Notes: generated from the sequence alone by a model not told the origin. 64,000 nt of DNA from an uncultured Verrucomicrobiae bacterium (GCA_963735805.1 CAVTMK010000001.1:224001-288000); one strand, 5' to 3'. Positions 51,483 through 62,930 are shown, numbered from the stretch's first letter. Translations and numbers: made by a program.

Positions 51483-52253
51483 ATGGCAACTCTGGAAAAT
51501 AGGACAAGCCTGGGAGAGCGACTGATCCAGCAGGCGCTGCGCGTCCTGATTGTCGATGACGAACGAATCGCGCGACAGCGCCTACGGTGGCTGCTGGAGA
51601 AAGAACAAAACGTTGAAGTCGCAGGCGAATGCAGCGACGGCGGGTCGGTCCTGAGCGCCGTGCAAGAACATCGGCCCGATCTCGTGCTGCTCGACATTAA
51701 GATGCCGGACATGAATGGCTTCGACGTCATTCATGCGCTCGAACCATGCGACCGACCAGCAATTGTCTTTGTCACTGCTTTCGACAAGCACGCCGTTCAC
51801 GCTTTTGAAACATGTGCGCTCGACTATCTGCTCAAGCCGGTCGCCGCCCCGCGCTTGGAAAAGACCCTTATGCGGGTCCGGGACTATTTGCGCTCAACCG
51901 GATCGACGCCGTCACCACTTACACTTAGCGCAAACCGTCGCTTCAGCGTTCGCTGTGGATACCGCACCACATTTATCACGCCTGAGCAGATCGACTGGAT
52001 CGAGGCCAGTGGCAATTACGCAATTCTTCACGTGAACGCGCAAAACCACTTGCTTCGCGAAACAATGGCCCGTCTCGAATCCCTGCTACCGTCCGGCGGC
52101 TTCATGCGCGTTAGCCGCTCCGCCATCGTCCGTCTCAGTCGCGTTAAAGAAATTCAAACTACGCCCACAGGCCATCACTTCGCCGTATTGCGTAGCGGCA
52201 TGCACGTGTGCGTGACCAAGAGCATTCGCGAAGTCGCCGCCCGCCTGCACTGA
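51483..52253 (+). CDS. LytTR-family response regulator
   Basis: Receiver (IVDDE, LDIKMP, FVTAF, DYLLKP) plus LytTR domain (IDWIEASGNY, FMRVSRSAIV). Confidence 0.95.
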   Translation: MATLENRTSLGERLIQQALRVLIVDDERIARQRLRWLLEKEQNVEVAGECSDGGSVLSAVQEHRPDLVLLDIKMPDMNGFDVIHALEPCDRPAIVFVTAFDKHAVHAFETCALDYLLKPVAAPRLEKTLMRVRDYLRSTGSTPSPLTLSANRRFSVRCGYRTTFITPEQIDWIEASGNYAILHVNAQNHLLRETMARLESLLPSGGFMRVSRSAIVRLSRVKEIQTTPTGHHFAVLRSGMHVCVTKSIREVAARLH

Positions 52254-52427
52254 CAATCTTGCTGCCGCGAACGCGACGGGCAAGAGCAAGACATGATCGT
52301 AAGGACGCAGACGAGTGCGTTGCGGTGCATCACGCGGACATTAAGCGAAGCAAACATCGCCGGCTAAGCGCTGGCCTGGCTGGCTACAGATGCTCTGCGC
52401 CATCCGTGCTTCGCATCCCGATCTACG

Positions 52428-52958
52428 TTAGCTGCGATTCAACGCCTTCGACTTTGGATGTTTATATGAAAGCCACAGAAACACGAATCCGACGACCGGA
52501 ATAAGAATATCGCTGGGAAGAACCAATCCGACGTTCCCTGGAGAAAAATTGTGTGCCGCGATCATCTGATAGATATGACCTCCAGCTGCGCCCAATGAGA
52601 AAGCAGCGGGCGGAATAAAGGCAGCTACTCGAAACGGCAAGCTTGCCTTGTACGCGAGGACTCCTGCTATGCCGACGCCGAGACTTGCAAATCCCACTTC
52701 AGCTTGAAATGGACTGTTTTCCCAGCCGATAAACTTTGCTGCCGTATCACCGAAGAAAACATGGAAAACGAAGTTGATCAGATTACTTATGCCTACGGGG
52801 AAAAGCATGTAGTAAGACAGGAGTGCTTCGGCAACGGTATTAATTTTCAGCGGCTTGGGTTTCCTTAGAAGCGATGTCCAGGCCGCAACCAACCCGATGA
52901 TAAGAAGGGTGAAGAAATAATTGCCGACTAGAAGAAACAAGAAGGAGTGCATTTTCAC
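52428..52958 (-). CDS. Conserved membrane protein (DUF6790-like)
   Basis: IGWENSPFQAEVGFASLG and GHIYQMI..HNFSPGN motifs. Confidence 0.7.
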   Translation of the reverse strand: MKMHSFLFLLVGNYFFTLLIIGLVAAWTSLLRKPKPLKINTVAEALLSYYMLFPVGISNLINFVFHVFFGDTAAKFIGWENSPFQAEVGFASLGVGIAGVLAYKASLPFRVAAFIPPAAFSLGAAGGHIYQMIAAHNFSPGNVGLVLPSDILIPVVGFVFLWLSYKHPKSKALNRS

Positions 52959-53102
52959 ACCATCCGTATCAGCTCAGCGTATTTGTCTTTGGACGCGTTT
53001 GTGAAGTGCATTCGTGATTCCGCTCGTGCCACCGCGTTTCCGTGATGTCTAACCATCAAAACCTGGCAGCAGTGCTCAGCGCTCGCACCGGTAATGAGAA
53101 GA

Positions 53103-54632
53103 TTATGACGGGTGAAATTCCTCGCCGCGTTCCAGCGCCAGTTCAGCTTTGAGATTCTCTGCGTCGCGACCAACGCTTGCAACAGCGGTGAGTTTCCCGC
53201 CGTCGCGGAAAATCACGGAGGCGTCTTTAGCTTTCAAATTGCCAGAGACGCTCACCTGATCGGCTCCGCTGCCATGGCCAACGTAATGAATGTGCAGATC
53301 AAAGTGATTGCTCCAGAAAAATGGCGGAACAACGAACGGCTCGCCTGCGCCGAGAATATTTCGCGCGGCGGTCTGCCCTTGCCGCTCTGCCACAACCCAA
53401 TGCTCGACTCGAATACGGCCCGCGCACGGATCGGGCCAGCGCGCAATATCACCCGCGGCAAAAATTCCCGACACGTTCGTTTCCAAAAATTCGTTGACTA
53501 ACAGGCCGTTGTCGGTCGCGATGCCTGCTTTTTCAGCAAGGGCTGTGTTCGGACGCACACCGATTCCTATGACCACCAGGTCACAATCTAAAACCGTTCC
53601 GTCATCGAGCCGCACGTTTCGATCTTGGATGGCTGCAGGTGTTCGCCCCAGATGAAATTTCACACCGTGCGCCTTGTGAGTTTCGTGTATCGCGTTGCCC
53701 AGTTCGGTTCCGAGAATCTTTTCTAGCGGCAGCGATCCCTTTCCGACCACTGCAACTTCCAGCTTGCGCTCGCGCAGCGATGCCGCCACTTCCAGACCGA
53801 TGAAACTCGAGCCGATCACGACCGCTCGCTTCGCGTGTTTCGCTTTCTCAATGATGCGTCGGCTGTCAGTGAGAGTCCGCAAATAACAAACGTGCGGAAG
53901 ATCGGTCCCGGGAATCGACAGCTGAACCGGCTCCGCGCCAGTGGCCAGCAGCAGCGCGTCATAACCTAACGCGCGGCCATCCGACAACATCACCTGCTTA
54001 GCCTTCGGGCTGATCGCGGTAACAGATGTGCTTGTCATAGTGTCAATCTTCCGTTCGTGATAAAAATCCGCAGAGCGCAACGGAATCCATTCTTCGGGTG
54101 CAGCCCCAGCAAGATAGTCTTTCGAAAGATTTGGCCTATCGTATGGCAAAAATTCATCCGCGCTGATCAACGTGACGACGCCGTCGTAACCTTCACGCCG
54201 CAGTGTTTCCGCCGCGGCATTGCCAGCTGCCCCTCCACCAATGATTACGACGCTTTCTGGGGATGACTTTGGCTTGCGCGCCGGTCTGCTGGTAACCTTT
54301 CCTGTGACAAAAAACTTATCACCGCGTCTGTCGATCCTGTAGCAAGCGACGTCAGTTAACGCCGGCGCAGCAATCGCTTCACCTGTGCGTAAATCGAAGC
54401 GCGCGTGGTGCCACGGACACCGCACGGTGCAATTCACCATTAAACCTTCTGCTAGCGGTCCACCGTAATGCGTGCATGTCGCGCCGATCGCGAAAAGCTG
54501 AGACCCTTCTTTTCCTACAAGAATTGCTTCGTTAAATGCGTGCCCCAAAAGCATTCCTCCATCAGGCACCTCGCTGAGATCGCAGCCTTTTTCGAAATTC
54601 GGGCCTTTCAGATCTCGCGGTGCCTCAGCCAT
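53103..54632 (-). CDS. Rieske [2Fe-2S]-FAD oxidoreductase fusion (AIF3-like)
   Basis: CTHYG/CPWHH Rieske motifs; GGGAAG, PYDRPNLSK, AAGD and RVEHW. Confidence 0.92.
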   Translation of the reverse strand: MAEAPRDLKGPNFEKGCDLSEVPDGGMLLGHAFNEAILVGKEGSQLFAIGATCTHYGGPLAEGLMVNCTVRCPWHHARFDLRTGEAIAAPALTDVACYRIDRRGDKFFVTGKVTSRPARKPKSSPESVVIIGGGAAGNAAAETLRREGYDGVVTLISADEFLPYDRPNLSKDYLAGAAPEEWIPLRSADFYHERKIDTMTSTSVTAISPKAKQVMLSDGRALGYDALLLATGAEPVQLSIPGTDLPHVCYLRTLTDSRRIIEKAKHAKRAVVIGSSFIGLEVAASLRERKLEVAVVGKGSLPLEKILGTELGNAIHETHKAHGVKFHLGRTPAAIQDRNVRLDDGTVLDCDLVVIGIGVRPNTALAEKAGIATDNGLLVNEFLETNVSGIFAAGDIARWPDPCAGRIRVEHWVVAERQGQTAARNILGAGEPFVVPPFFWSNHFDLHIHYVGHGSGADQVSVSGNLKAKDASVIFRDGGKLTAVASVGRDAENLKAELALERGEEFHPS

Positions 54633-54789
54633 AAGCTTCCTGCTTTAAATTAGAATCGGGCAGGCACAACGCAACGCGCGTTCAGATCTATTCATATTCG
54701 AAAACTACATCCGCACGAGGTTTGGCCTACGCGTGCTCGTCACGTTACCGACCAGAAGATTTTCCTGATAAGACTGGGTTGAGGACACG

Positions 54790-55641
54790 TTAGCGATTAT
54801 TGCTCGCCTCTAAAGATTGCGCCGACTCGCTTTTGCTTCCTGAAAGCAAATCGACACGAATGAGCGGATCATTCGGCAACAGAGTTGGGCCTTCCCAGCG
54901 AAGGAAGCCAGCAGGCGCAGGATTTGTCAGCCAAATTTTCGTATCGGGCACAGTGATAAACAATTTTGCGATCGCGGGAACTTCCGGATGAACAATGAAT
55001 CGATCACCTTTCAGCGAACGCCCGGACATTTTCAGTCGGTCAAGCCCACTGTACGATACTTTCACCGATACAATCTGGGGTTGGAGCGTTGGAAACGGCG
55101 AAAAACCAACTGCCTTCAGGTCAATTTGTTCGCCACGAAGGAGCCGCTTGCGCAGATTACTCAACGCGATCGTAAAACCGAACCTGGCAAACGTCCGCCC
55201 CGGGTCGATGTTGATCTTTTTGGATGCGTCCTTGTTGTCCTTGCGGATGTGCGCACTAGCAATTCCCGAGAGAAAATCCGCAGCGAATTCGCGTTGCGAC
55301 TTTCCATCTTTAAGTTCCTTCCAGGACCATTGTTCCTGAATCAGTTGCCGGTCTTGCCGAAAGCGCGCCTTTTCTTCACGCAACTCGCCGTCGGGGAACT
55401 TGTAGGTGATGACCACGTAAAGGTAATGATTTTCTACCCATTGCCTGAACTCTCCATCGGCAAGTTTCTTTCCGTTAATATCGCACAGTCCCGGATAACC
55501 ATGTGCGGCGCCCGCGGGCTCAGTTACTTCAAGTGCAAATATTGGTCCGGTGAAAAACCAGGCAGCAAGGATCGATAGGAGGCGCCTCCAATTTTTCTTC
55601 GCCCACATGTGTATCATGGGAACGCGAAGCAGGATAAACAC
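54790..55641 (-). CDS. Hypothetical secreted protein (start probably near MWAKK)
   Basis: Signal-like segment followed by a beta-rich domain; fills the gap between known genes. Confidence 0.65.
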   Translation of the reverse strand: MFILLRVPMIHMWAKKNWRRLLSILAAWFFTGPIFALEVTEPAGAAHGYPGLCDINGKKLADGEFRQWVENHYLYVVITYKFPDGELREEKARFRQDRQLIQEQWSWKELKDGKSQREFAADFLSGIASAHIRKDNKDASKKINIDPGRTFARFGFTIALSNLRKRLLRGEQIDLKAVGFSPFPTLQPQIVSVKVSYSGLDRLKMSGRSLKGDRFIVHPEVPAIAKLFITVPDTKIWLTNPAPAGFLRWEGPTLLPNDPLIRVDLLSGSKSESAQSLEASNNR

Positions 55642-55786
55642 GGTCGCCCCCGGTCGACGCGACTATTGTGAGATTTGGTAACATAAAAGTTACTTTTGCA
55701 CTTCCTCCGAGGTGAAATGCGCTTTGCCGCCGGGGCGTTGACACAAAGCAGTCGGCTGATCAACCTATTTGACCGATAATTATTGA

Positions 55787-55814
55787 TCGACATTAACCAG
55801 ATCGATCTTATACT
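55787..55814 (+). promoter_or_regulatory. Putative sigma-70 promoter TCGACA-16-TATACT for the trp leader
   Basis: The -10 TATACT ends 8 nt before the leader ATG. Confidence 0.5.
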
Positions 55815-55822
55815 TTTTGGTA

Positions 55823-55906
55823 ATGAGCGCTGGAACTCATTCTCCTACGCAGCCGGAAAATAGCGGGCTGCCCGTCTTTTTGTCAGCGCTCGTTTGGTGG
55901 CGATAG
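55823..55906 (+). CDS. trpL: Tryptophan operon leader peptide (27 aa, ...LVWWR)
   Basis: Manual translation MSAGTHSPTQPENSGLPVFLSALVWWR*; tandem TGG TGG codons directly upstream of the aroF-trp operon. Confidence 0.8.
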   Translation: MSAGTHSPTQPENSGLPVFLSALVWWR

Positions 55907-56008
55907 AAAGCGACCGTTTCTCAACGGGACGCTGAATTTCTCTCTTTCTCTCAAGCGAGAGATCTGGCGTTTGCACCAATGAAATAACCCAAACCTCTTT
56001 GTAAACCC

Positions 56009-57052
56009 ATGTTGATCGTAATGAAACCCAGCGCTTCTGCGCAGGACGTCGAAGCAATTGTAAACGTGATCCAGAAAATTGGGCTGCGGCCGCATCCGAT
56101 GCCCGGCGCGACGCGAACGGCCATTGGCATCACCGGTAACCAAGGTGCTATCGACGGCCGGCGTTTTGAAAACCTTCCGGGCGTCGCGGACGTCATCCGA
56201 GTCACCAAGCCGTACAAATTGATTACGCTTGATCTGCGTCCGGAAAAAACAGTCGTGCAAATTGGGGATGCCACCATCGGAGGCAGTGAGCTCGCGATCA
56301 TCGCAGGTCCGTGCGCGATCGAGAGCCGCGATCAGGCAGTCGCCGTAGCACAAGCAGTTCAGCGAAGCGGTGCACGCTTTTTTCGGGGCGGCATCTGGAA
56401 ACCCCGTACGTCCCCCTACGCATTTCAAGGTCTGGGCGAGAAAGGGTTGGAAATCATCACCGAGATCCGCAAGGCGTTTGGGCTAAAGATCGTTACCGAA
56501 GCGCTCGAAGAACCTCACATCGATCTAATCGAACAGTACGGCGACATGATTCAAATCGGCGCTCGTAACATGCAAAACTTTTCGCTCCTCAGGCGAGCTG
56601 GCCGATCGCGACTGCCGGTCCTGTTGAAGCGTGGGATGGCTGCCACTCTAGAAGAATGGTTGCTCGCGGCGGAATACATCATGGGAGAGGGCAATTACAA
56701 CGTAATCTTGTGCGAGCGCGGCGTTCGCACTTTCACTCAGCATACACGCAACACGCTGGATCTGGCTTCTGTGCCGGCGATCCGGCGGATTTCTCATTTG
56801 CCGATGATCGTGGATCCATCCCACGGCACTGGCACCGCGCACATGGTTACTCCCCTCGCCCGGGCTGGCGTCGCCGTGGGAGCCGATGGGCTCATGGTGG
56901 AGGTGCACGATCACCCGGAACTCGCCCTTTCCGACGGCGCGCAAGCGTTGACGCCATCAGAGTATGCGCAACTGGTCAGCGAGGTCCACGCGATACACGA
57001 GGTCACCGCTCCGATTGCAAACCAGAGTCGAATAGAAACGAAAGTCGCCTAA
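56009..57052 (+). CDS. aroF: DAHP synthase (class I-beta, N-terminal regulatory domain)
   Basis: [35 protein letters not shown] and DPSHG motifs. Confidence 0.95.
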   Translation: MLIVMKPSASAQDVEAIVNVIQKIGLRPHPMPGATRTAIGITGNQGAIDGRRFENLPGVADVIRVTKPYKLITLDLRPEKTVVQIGDATIGGSELAIIAGPCAIESRDQAVAVAQAVQRSGARFFRGGIWKPRTSPYAFQGLGEKGLEIITEIRKAFGLKIVTEALEEPHIDLIEQYGDMIQIGARNMQNFSLLRRAGRSRLPVLLKRGMAATLEEWLLAAEYIMGEGNYNVILCERGVRTFTQHTRNTLDLASVPAIRRISHLPMIVDPSHGTGTAHMVTPLARAGVAVGADGLMVEVHDHPELALSDGAQALTPSEYAQLVSEVHAIHEVTAPIANQSRIETKVA

Positions 57053-57065
57053 CGAGTCAAAGCCG

Positions 57066-57641
57066 ATGCTCCTCTTGATCGATAACTACGATTCTTTCAC
57101 TTACAACCTTGTGCAGTACTTTGGTGAGCTCGGATGCGAGCTGGTTGTTAAGCGAAATGACGAAATCTCGCTTGATGAAATCGCTGCATTTGCGCCCGAG
57201 CAAATCTGCATCTCGCCGGGGCCTTGCACGCCGCGCGAAGCGGGAATCAGCAAAGACCTCGTCCTACGCTTTGGGACGAAGATTCCAATCCTCGGCGTTT
57301 GTCTTGGGCACCAGTGCATCGCCGAAGCGTATGGAGGAAAAATCGTGCGCGCTTCCAGGCTTGTACACGGCAAGTCATCCACGATAAGACACAACGGGAA
57401 CGGACTTTTTACCGATTTGCCAAGGCCGTTTGAAGCCGGTCGATACCACTCGCTGATCGTCGAGCGGAGTTCTCTCCCAGGGTGCCTTGAGATCATCGCG
57501 GAAAGCGAAGAGGGCGAGATCATGGCGTTGCATCATCGCGAGTTCCCCGTGCATGGGATGCAATTTCACCCGGAATCCGTTCTCACGCGCGATGGTAAAC
57601 AAATTCTCGCGCGCTTTCTATCGCATCCACGAAACCGATGA
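57066..57641 (+). CDS. trpG: Anthranilate synthase component II
   Basis: IDNYDSFTYNL, SPGP, GVCLGHQ and QFHPES motifs. Confidence 0.95.
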   Translation: MLLLIDNYDSFTYNLVQYFGELGCELVVKRNDEISLDEIAAFAPEQICISPGPCTPREAGISKDLVLRFGTKIPILGVCLGHQCIAEAYGGKIVRASRLVHGKSSTIRHNGNGLFTDLPRPFEAGRYHSLIVERSSLPGCLEIIAESEEGEIMALHHREFPVHGMQFHPESVLTRDGKQILARFLSHPRNR

Positions 57642-60213
57642 AAGCGCAGCTTACACCCACTGTGGAAGAGTTCTCCGAGATTGCGCGACGCGGCAACGTC
57701 GTCCCGATTTTCGCCGAGTTTATCGCGGACAACGAAACGCCCGTTTCGGCATTCAAGAAGTTGGACGCGTCTCGGACCGACTACAGTTTCCTCTTCGAAT
57801 CGACTGAGAAAAACGATGTGTCGGGACGCTTCTCCTTCGTCGGAATCAACCCGCGGATCGTGATGAAAAACTACGGGCGCGAGCTGCAAATCGTCGAGTT
57901 AGGAATCGAGCGACGGGTCGCAGCGACAGACAACCCGTTAGATCAGCTCCGGAGATTGATGGCGCGGTATCAGTTTGTCTCGCGTCCAGAACTGCCGCGA
58001 TTCAGCGGAGGCGCTGTCGGTTTTCTCGGCTACGAAGCAATTCACTTCTTCGAACCCAAAGTGCCAGTCGCTTCCCGGGACGAACTGCAATTACCAGAAG
58101 CCGTTTTCATCATTCCAAGCAATCTGCTCATCTTCGACCATCGGCTACGCACGTTGAAAATCGTTGCTAACGCGTTCCTTGAAGATGGCTCACCGGAAAA
58201 CGTCTACGCGCGAGCGGTTGATTCGATCGACGCTATCGCACGCACACTTACAAAATCGGTTGAACTTTCGATGCTTCCAACTGCCGACTTGGTCCCAGAG
58301 GCGGCTCACAGCAATATTCACCCGAACGAGTTCATCCATGCGGTGGAACGAGCCAAGGATTACATCCGCGCGGGTGATATCTTCCAGGTCGTGTTGTCGC
58401 AGCGATTCGAATCCGATTTCAGCGGTGATCCGCTCGATTTCTATCGATGCCTTCGTTTCGTCAATCCTTCGCCTTACATGTTTTGTCTTAAGTTCGGAAC
58501 GGATTTTGCGTTTGTTGGAAGTTCGCCGGAAATGCATGTCCGGCTAACCGGCGACGCGGTCGAGATTCGCCCGCTTGCTGGCACGCGCCCGCGTGGGGCT
58601 ACCTCCGCGCAGGACGAGGAGAATGCGGCCGACCTTCTCGCCGATCCCAAGGAACGCGCCGAGCACATCATGCTGGTCGATCTCGCGCGCAACGACATCG
58701 GTACGGGTCTCGGAGTTCGGCACGGTGCGCGTGACCGAATTGATGGGAATCGAGCGTTACAGCCACGTCATGCATATTGTTTCGAACGTCACTGGTCGCC
58801 TGCACAAGCGTTGCACTGGCTTCGAGCTGATCAAAGCGACGTTTCCAGCGGGCACCGTTTCCGGAGCGCCGAAAATTCGCGCCATGCAAATTATCAGCGA
58901 ACTGGAAAAGACCAGACGCGGCTGTTACGCGGGCGCGGTCGGCTACTTCGGATTCGATGGCAATGTTGATTCCTGCATCGGGTTGCGCTGCGCGGTTTTA
59001 AAAAATGGGAAGGCATATTTTCAAACCGGCGCGGGCATCGTCGCCGACTCAAATCCACATTCGGAATACGAGGAAACCGTTAATAAAGCGCGTGCGATGG
59101 CAAAAGCACTCTCAATGGTAAAACAGATCAGGCCACCGGCGACCGCACGCAATTGCAATGGGACTGGCATTGGCGATTTCGAACTGTGTGAAATAACGCA
59201 ACGCCTGATGCGGGGCGAAAATCTCAGCCATACTGAGGCCGGAAATTTTTTAGGGTGTCTGCTTAATCCCGTAGCTACCGATGCACAAATAGCGGCGGCA
59301 CTTACCAGTCTGACCAAAAAGGGAGAGACCTCCGACGAGCTCGCAGGCATTGCTGAAGCGATGCGGGATCGTGCATTGCCAGTGAGATCGCGTCACTCGC
59401 GTTTTATCGATACAGCCGGTACGGGATCAAGCGCTACAAAAACCTTTAATGTTTCAACAGCAGCAGCATTCGTGATTGCGGGTGCCGGCCTGCCTGTAGC
59501 GAAACACGGCTCTCGGGCTGCAACATCTCGTTGCGGCAGCGCCGACGTCCTTCAGGCGTTGGGCGTCAAGACAGACGCTTCACCGGCGACCGTAGAGCGC
59601 TGCCTTAACGAACACGAAATCTGTTTCATGTTTGCGCCGCTTTTTCACAGCGCTGCGGCCCGTGTTGCGCAGGTGCGGCGCGAGCTCGGAGTGCACACGG
59701 TATTCAACTTGCTCGGTCCCCTAACAAATCCCGCGCGGGCGCCGTTCCAGATCCTGGGCGTCTGGCAACGTTCATTACTTGAACGCGTCGCGTCAGCACT
59801 TGTTCGCCTCGGCGTTAGAAAAGCGTGGATTGTGCATGGCGCCGACGGACTGGATGAAATAACAATTGCGGACAAAACCCACGTCGCCGCCTGTTCGTTC
59901 ACAGGAGAAGTAGAAACGTTTACCGTCTCACCTGAAGACTTTGGCTTGGAACGTCAGGCCTTCGACGGATTTCGTGGAAAGGGCCCCGGAAGGAAACGCA
60001 GAACTGATCCGCGCAGTTTTGCAAGGCGTTAAGACCAGCGCTGTGACTGTAGCGCGCGATCTGGTCATCATTAATGCCGCTGCCGCGCTCCATCTCGCCG
60101 GCGTTGCCCGGGATCTCCATCATGCGGCTGACCTCGCTCGTGAAAGCATCGACAGCGGTCGAGCCGCGTCGAAACTGGATATGCTGATCCGGGAGACAAA
60201 TCGAAGTTCATGA
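57638..60213 (+). CDS. trpE: Anthranilate synthase component I fused to anthranilate phosphoribosyltransferase (TrpE-TrpD); +1 frameshifts near 58702 and 59985
   Basis: TrpE motifs (FLFES, GDIFQVVLSQ, NPSPYM, EHIMLVDLARND | YSHVMH, PAGTVSGAPK) run without a stop into TrpD (DTAGTG, FNVSTAA, KHGSR, FNLLGPLTNP, GLDE | INAAAAL). Confidence 0.85.
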
Positions 60214-61059
60214 TCGAAAACATTCTCTTCCAAATCCTCGATCGAAAACGAGAAGCAACAGCGCGGCTTCGAGCAGATCCTTCCTCACGAGATTTTCACG
60301 AACGCGCATTGGAAATTCGAAAGAACGCTAAACCGCATCGGTTTCGACGAACGCTGGAGTCGGATTCACCACGATTAAAGATCATCGCCGAGTTCAAACG
60401 CAGATCGCCGTCAGCTGGAATCATCCGAGACGATTTATCAGTCAGCGAGATTGCTCGCTGCTATAATCGCGGTGGCGCCTGTGCGATCTCGATTCTCACC
60501 GACGAACAATATTTTGGCGGTTCGATTGCCGACCTTTGCGCTGCGCGTTCCAGCACGAAGCTGCCTCTTTTGCGCAAGGATTTCATTATCGACCCAATTC
60601 AAATTTTCGAAGCTGCCATCGCGGGAGCCGACGCCGTGTTGTTGATTGTCGCCGCACTGGACGATACTTCGTTAAAACGGCTGCGCTCGCTCGCCGAAGA
60701 TGAATTCGGACTCGATGCGCTCGTCGAAGTGCATGGCTCCGGGGAATTGGAACGAGCGCTGAACGCGGGCGCGAAAATTATCGGAGTAAATAATCGCGAT
60801 CTTAGGCACCTTTCGCGTTTCGTTGAAAACAAGCGAGCGCTTGATCGCCAAAGCTTCACCTGACCGAATCCTAATCAGTGAAAGTGGACTGCAAAGTGCA
60901 GACTCGCTGGTTCACCTTCGTAAACTCGGATTTCGCGGTTTCCTCATTGGCGAAGCGTTGATGCGAGCGGTCAATCCCGAAACTGCTCTTCGCGATTTGG
61001 TTGCTGCTGCCGAAGGTCGGCAACCCACAGGAACTTCAATCGGAGTTTGCCAACCATGA
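60210..61059 (+). CDS. trpC: Indole-3-glycerol phosphate synthase; +1 frameshift near 60805
   Basis: IIAEFKRRSPSAG, LLRKDFI and GVNNRDL in one frame; ISESG and LIGEALMR in the next. Confidence 0.9.
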
Positions 61060-61691
61060 CTCCGGTGCAAATCAAGATCTGCGGGGTCACGAATTTGCAA
61101 GACGCTCAGGCGTGCGCACAACTGGGCGCCAACATGATTGGGTTCAACTTCTATCCGCAAAGTCCACGTTACATCGAACCAAAGATCGCCCGGCAAATAA
61201 TCGAAGCAGTACCGACTGAAGTTTGTGCGGTCGCAGTTTTCGTAGATGGCCGCGCCGAAAAGATTCGAAACATTGCCGATGCAGCCGGCGTTCGATGTCT
61301 GCAATTGCACGGGTTTGTGTCGCCCGATACAAGCAGCGAATTGGCGGGTGAATTTCGTGTGATCCGCGCGTTCTCAACGGATTGTCAGTTTCGACCCGAA
61401 GATGTCTCTTTCTTTGGCGAGTGCGACGTTCTGGTTGACGCGCATCATCCCAACCTCCATGGCGGAACTGGTCTGACATGTGATTGGCAAGCCGCACGAA
61501 CAGCCCGTTCCTTAGCGCGGTTTCTCATTCTTTCCGGAGGTTTAACCGAGCAAAACGTTGGTGAGGCCATCGCAACTGTTTCGCCGCACGCTGTTGATGT
61601 TTGCAGCGGGGTTGAGAGCGCACCCCGGGCAAAGGATCACCGCGCGCTTGAAAATTTTATCAGAGCCGTGCGAATGGCGGATTCCTGCTGA
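61056..61691 (+). CDS. trpF: Phosphoribosylanthranilate isomerase
   Basis: IKICGVT, SPRYI, QLHG, GGTG and VDVCSGVE motifs. Confidence 0.95.
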   Translation: MTPVQIKICGVTNLQDAQACAQLGANMIGFNFYPQSPRYIEPKIARQIIEAVPTEVCAVAVFVDGRAEKIRNIADAAGVRCLQLHGFVSPDTSSELAGEFRVIRAFSTDCQFRPEDVSFFGECDVLVDAHHPNLHGGTGLTCDWQAARTARSLARFLILSGGLTEQNVGEAIATVSPHAVDVCSGVESAPRAKDHRALENFIRAVRMADSC

Positions 61692-61709
61692 GCGCTTCCT
61701 TTCGTTCGA

Positions 61710-62930
61710 ATGAAACCACGGATTACAAAGAGCGAACCGGACGAGCACGGGCATTGGGGGAAGTTTGGTGGACGATATGTTCCGGAAACATTAGTGGCAC
61801 CACTCGATGAGTTGACGAACGAGTTCATGCTCGCGCGAGAGGATCCGAATTTCCGGGATGAATTTAACCGATTACTGCGAGATTACTGTGGCCGGCCGAC
61901 ACCGCTGTTTCATGCGCGACGACTGACAGCGCACGCCGGAGGTGCGCAAATCTATCTGAAGCGCGAGGACCTTTTGCACACAGGTGCGCATAAGATCAAC
62001 AACGCTGTAGGACAGGCATTGCTCGCGCGCCGAATGGGCAAAAAACGCATTATCGCTGAAACAGGTGCGGGACAGCACGGCGTGGCAACCGCAACGGTTT
62101 GCGCCTTGTTCGGATTGCGTTGCGTCATTTACATGGGTGCGCAAGACATGCAACGACAGGCGCTGAATGTTTTTCGAATGCGTTTGCTCGGTGCCGAAGT
62201 CGTCAGCGTAAACACCGGCACGCGTACGCTGAAGGACGCAATCAACGAAGCGCTGCGCGACTGGGTAACAAACGTGCATGATACTTATTATTTGTTAGGC
62301 AGTGCTCTGGGTCCGCATCCGTATCCATTCATGGTACGCGAATTTCAAAGCGTCATTGGGCGCGAGGCACGCGAACAGATTCTGTCTGCAACGGACAAAT
62401 TGCCTCGCGCTCTGATTGCATGCGTGGGTGGCGGTTCAAACGCAATCGGTTTGTTTTATACTTTTATTGCAGACCGCGAGGTCCGATTAATCGGCGTAGA
62501 AGCGGGAGGACGAGGAGATTCATTGGGTGAGCATGCTGCAAGGTTCCATTGCGGAGGGTTCAGTGGCGGCGGGCAGGTCGGCGTCCTGCAGGGCACGATG
62601 TCGTATGTACTTCAGGATGCGAACGGTCAGATTGCAACGACTCATTCGATCTCAGCCGGTCTCGATTATTCCGCGATTGGCCCTGAGCATGCATATCTCC
62701 ATGACTGCGGACGAGCCGAATACATATGGGCGAGCGACGCTCAAGCACTCGAAGGATTTCGACTTTGCGCCAGGCTGGAAGGAATCATTCCCGCGCTGGA
62801 GACGTCGCACGCCATTCTGCCTGCTATCAGTTTGGCGCGTGACTTGCCGCAAAACGACAGCATCATTGTTAACCTGTCCGGCCGGGGAGATAAGGATGTG
62901 CAGGTCGTTGCAGATCTGCCGTCGCAATGA
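61710..62930 (+). CDS. trpB: Tryptophan synthase beta chain
   Basis: [24 protein letters not shown] and NLSGRGDKD motifs. Confidence 0.98.
   Translation: MKPRITKSEPDEHGHWGKFGGRYVPETLVAPLDELTNEFMLAREDPNFRDEFNRLLRDYCGRPTPLFHARRLTAHAGGAQIYLKREDLLHTGAHKINNAVGQALLARRMGKKRIIAETGAGQHGVATATVCALFGLRCVIYMGAQDMQRQALNVFRMRLLGAEVVSVNTGTRTLKDAINEALRDWVTNVHDTYYLLGSALGPHPYPFMVREFQSVIGREAREQILSATDKLPRALIACVGGGSNAIGLFYTFIADREVRLIGVEAGGRGDSLGEHAARFHCGGFSGGGQVGVLQGTMSYVLQDANGQIATTHSISAGLDYSAIGPEHAYLHDCGRAEYIWASDAQALEGFRLCARLEGIIPALETSHAILPAISLARDLPQNDSIIVNLSGRGDKDVQVVADLPSQ

Noticed and set aside
52955..53182. 75-aa ORF between the Rieske reductase and the membrane protein
   Set aside because: It overlaps the reductase 3' end and has no motif support.
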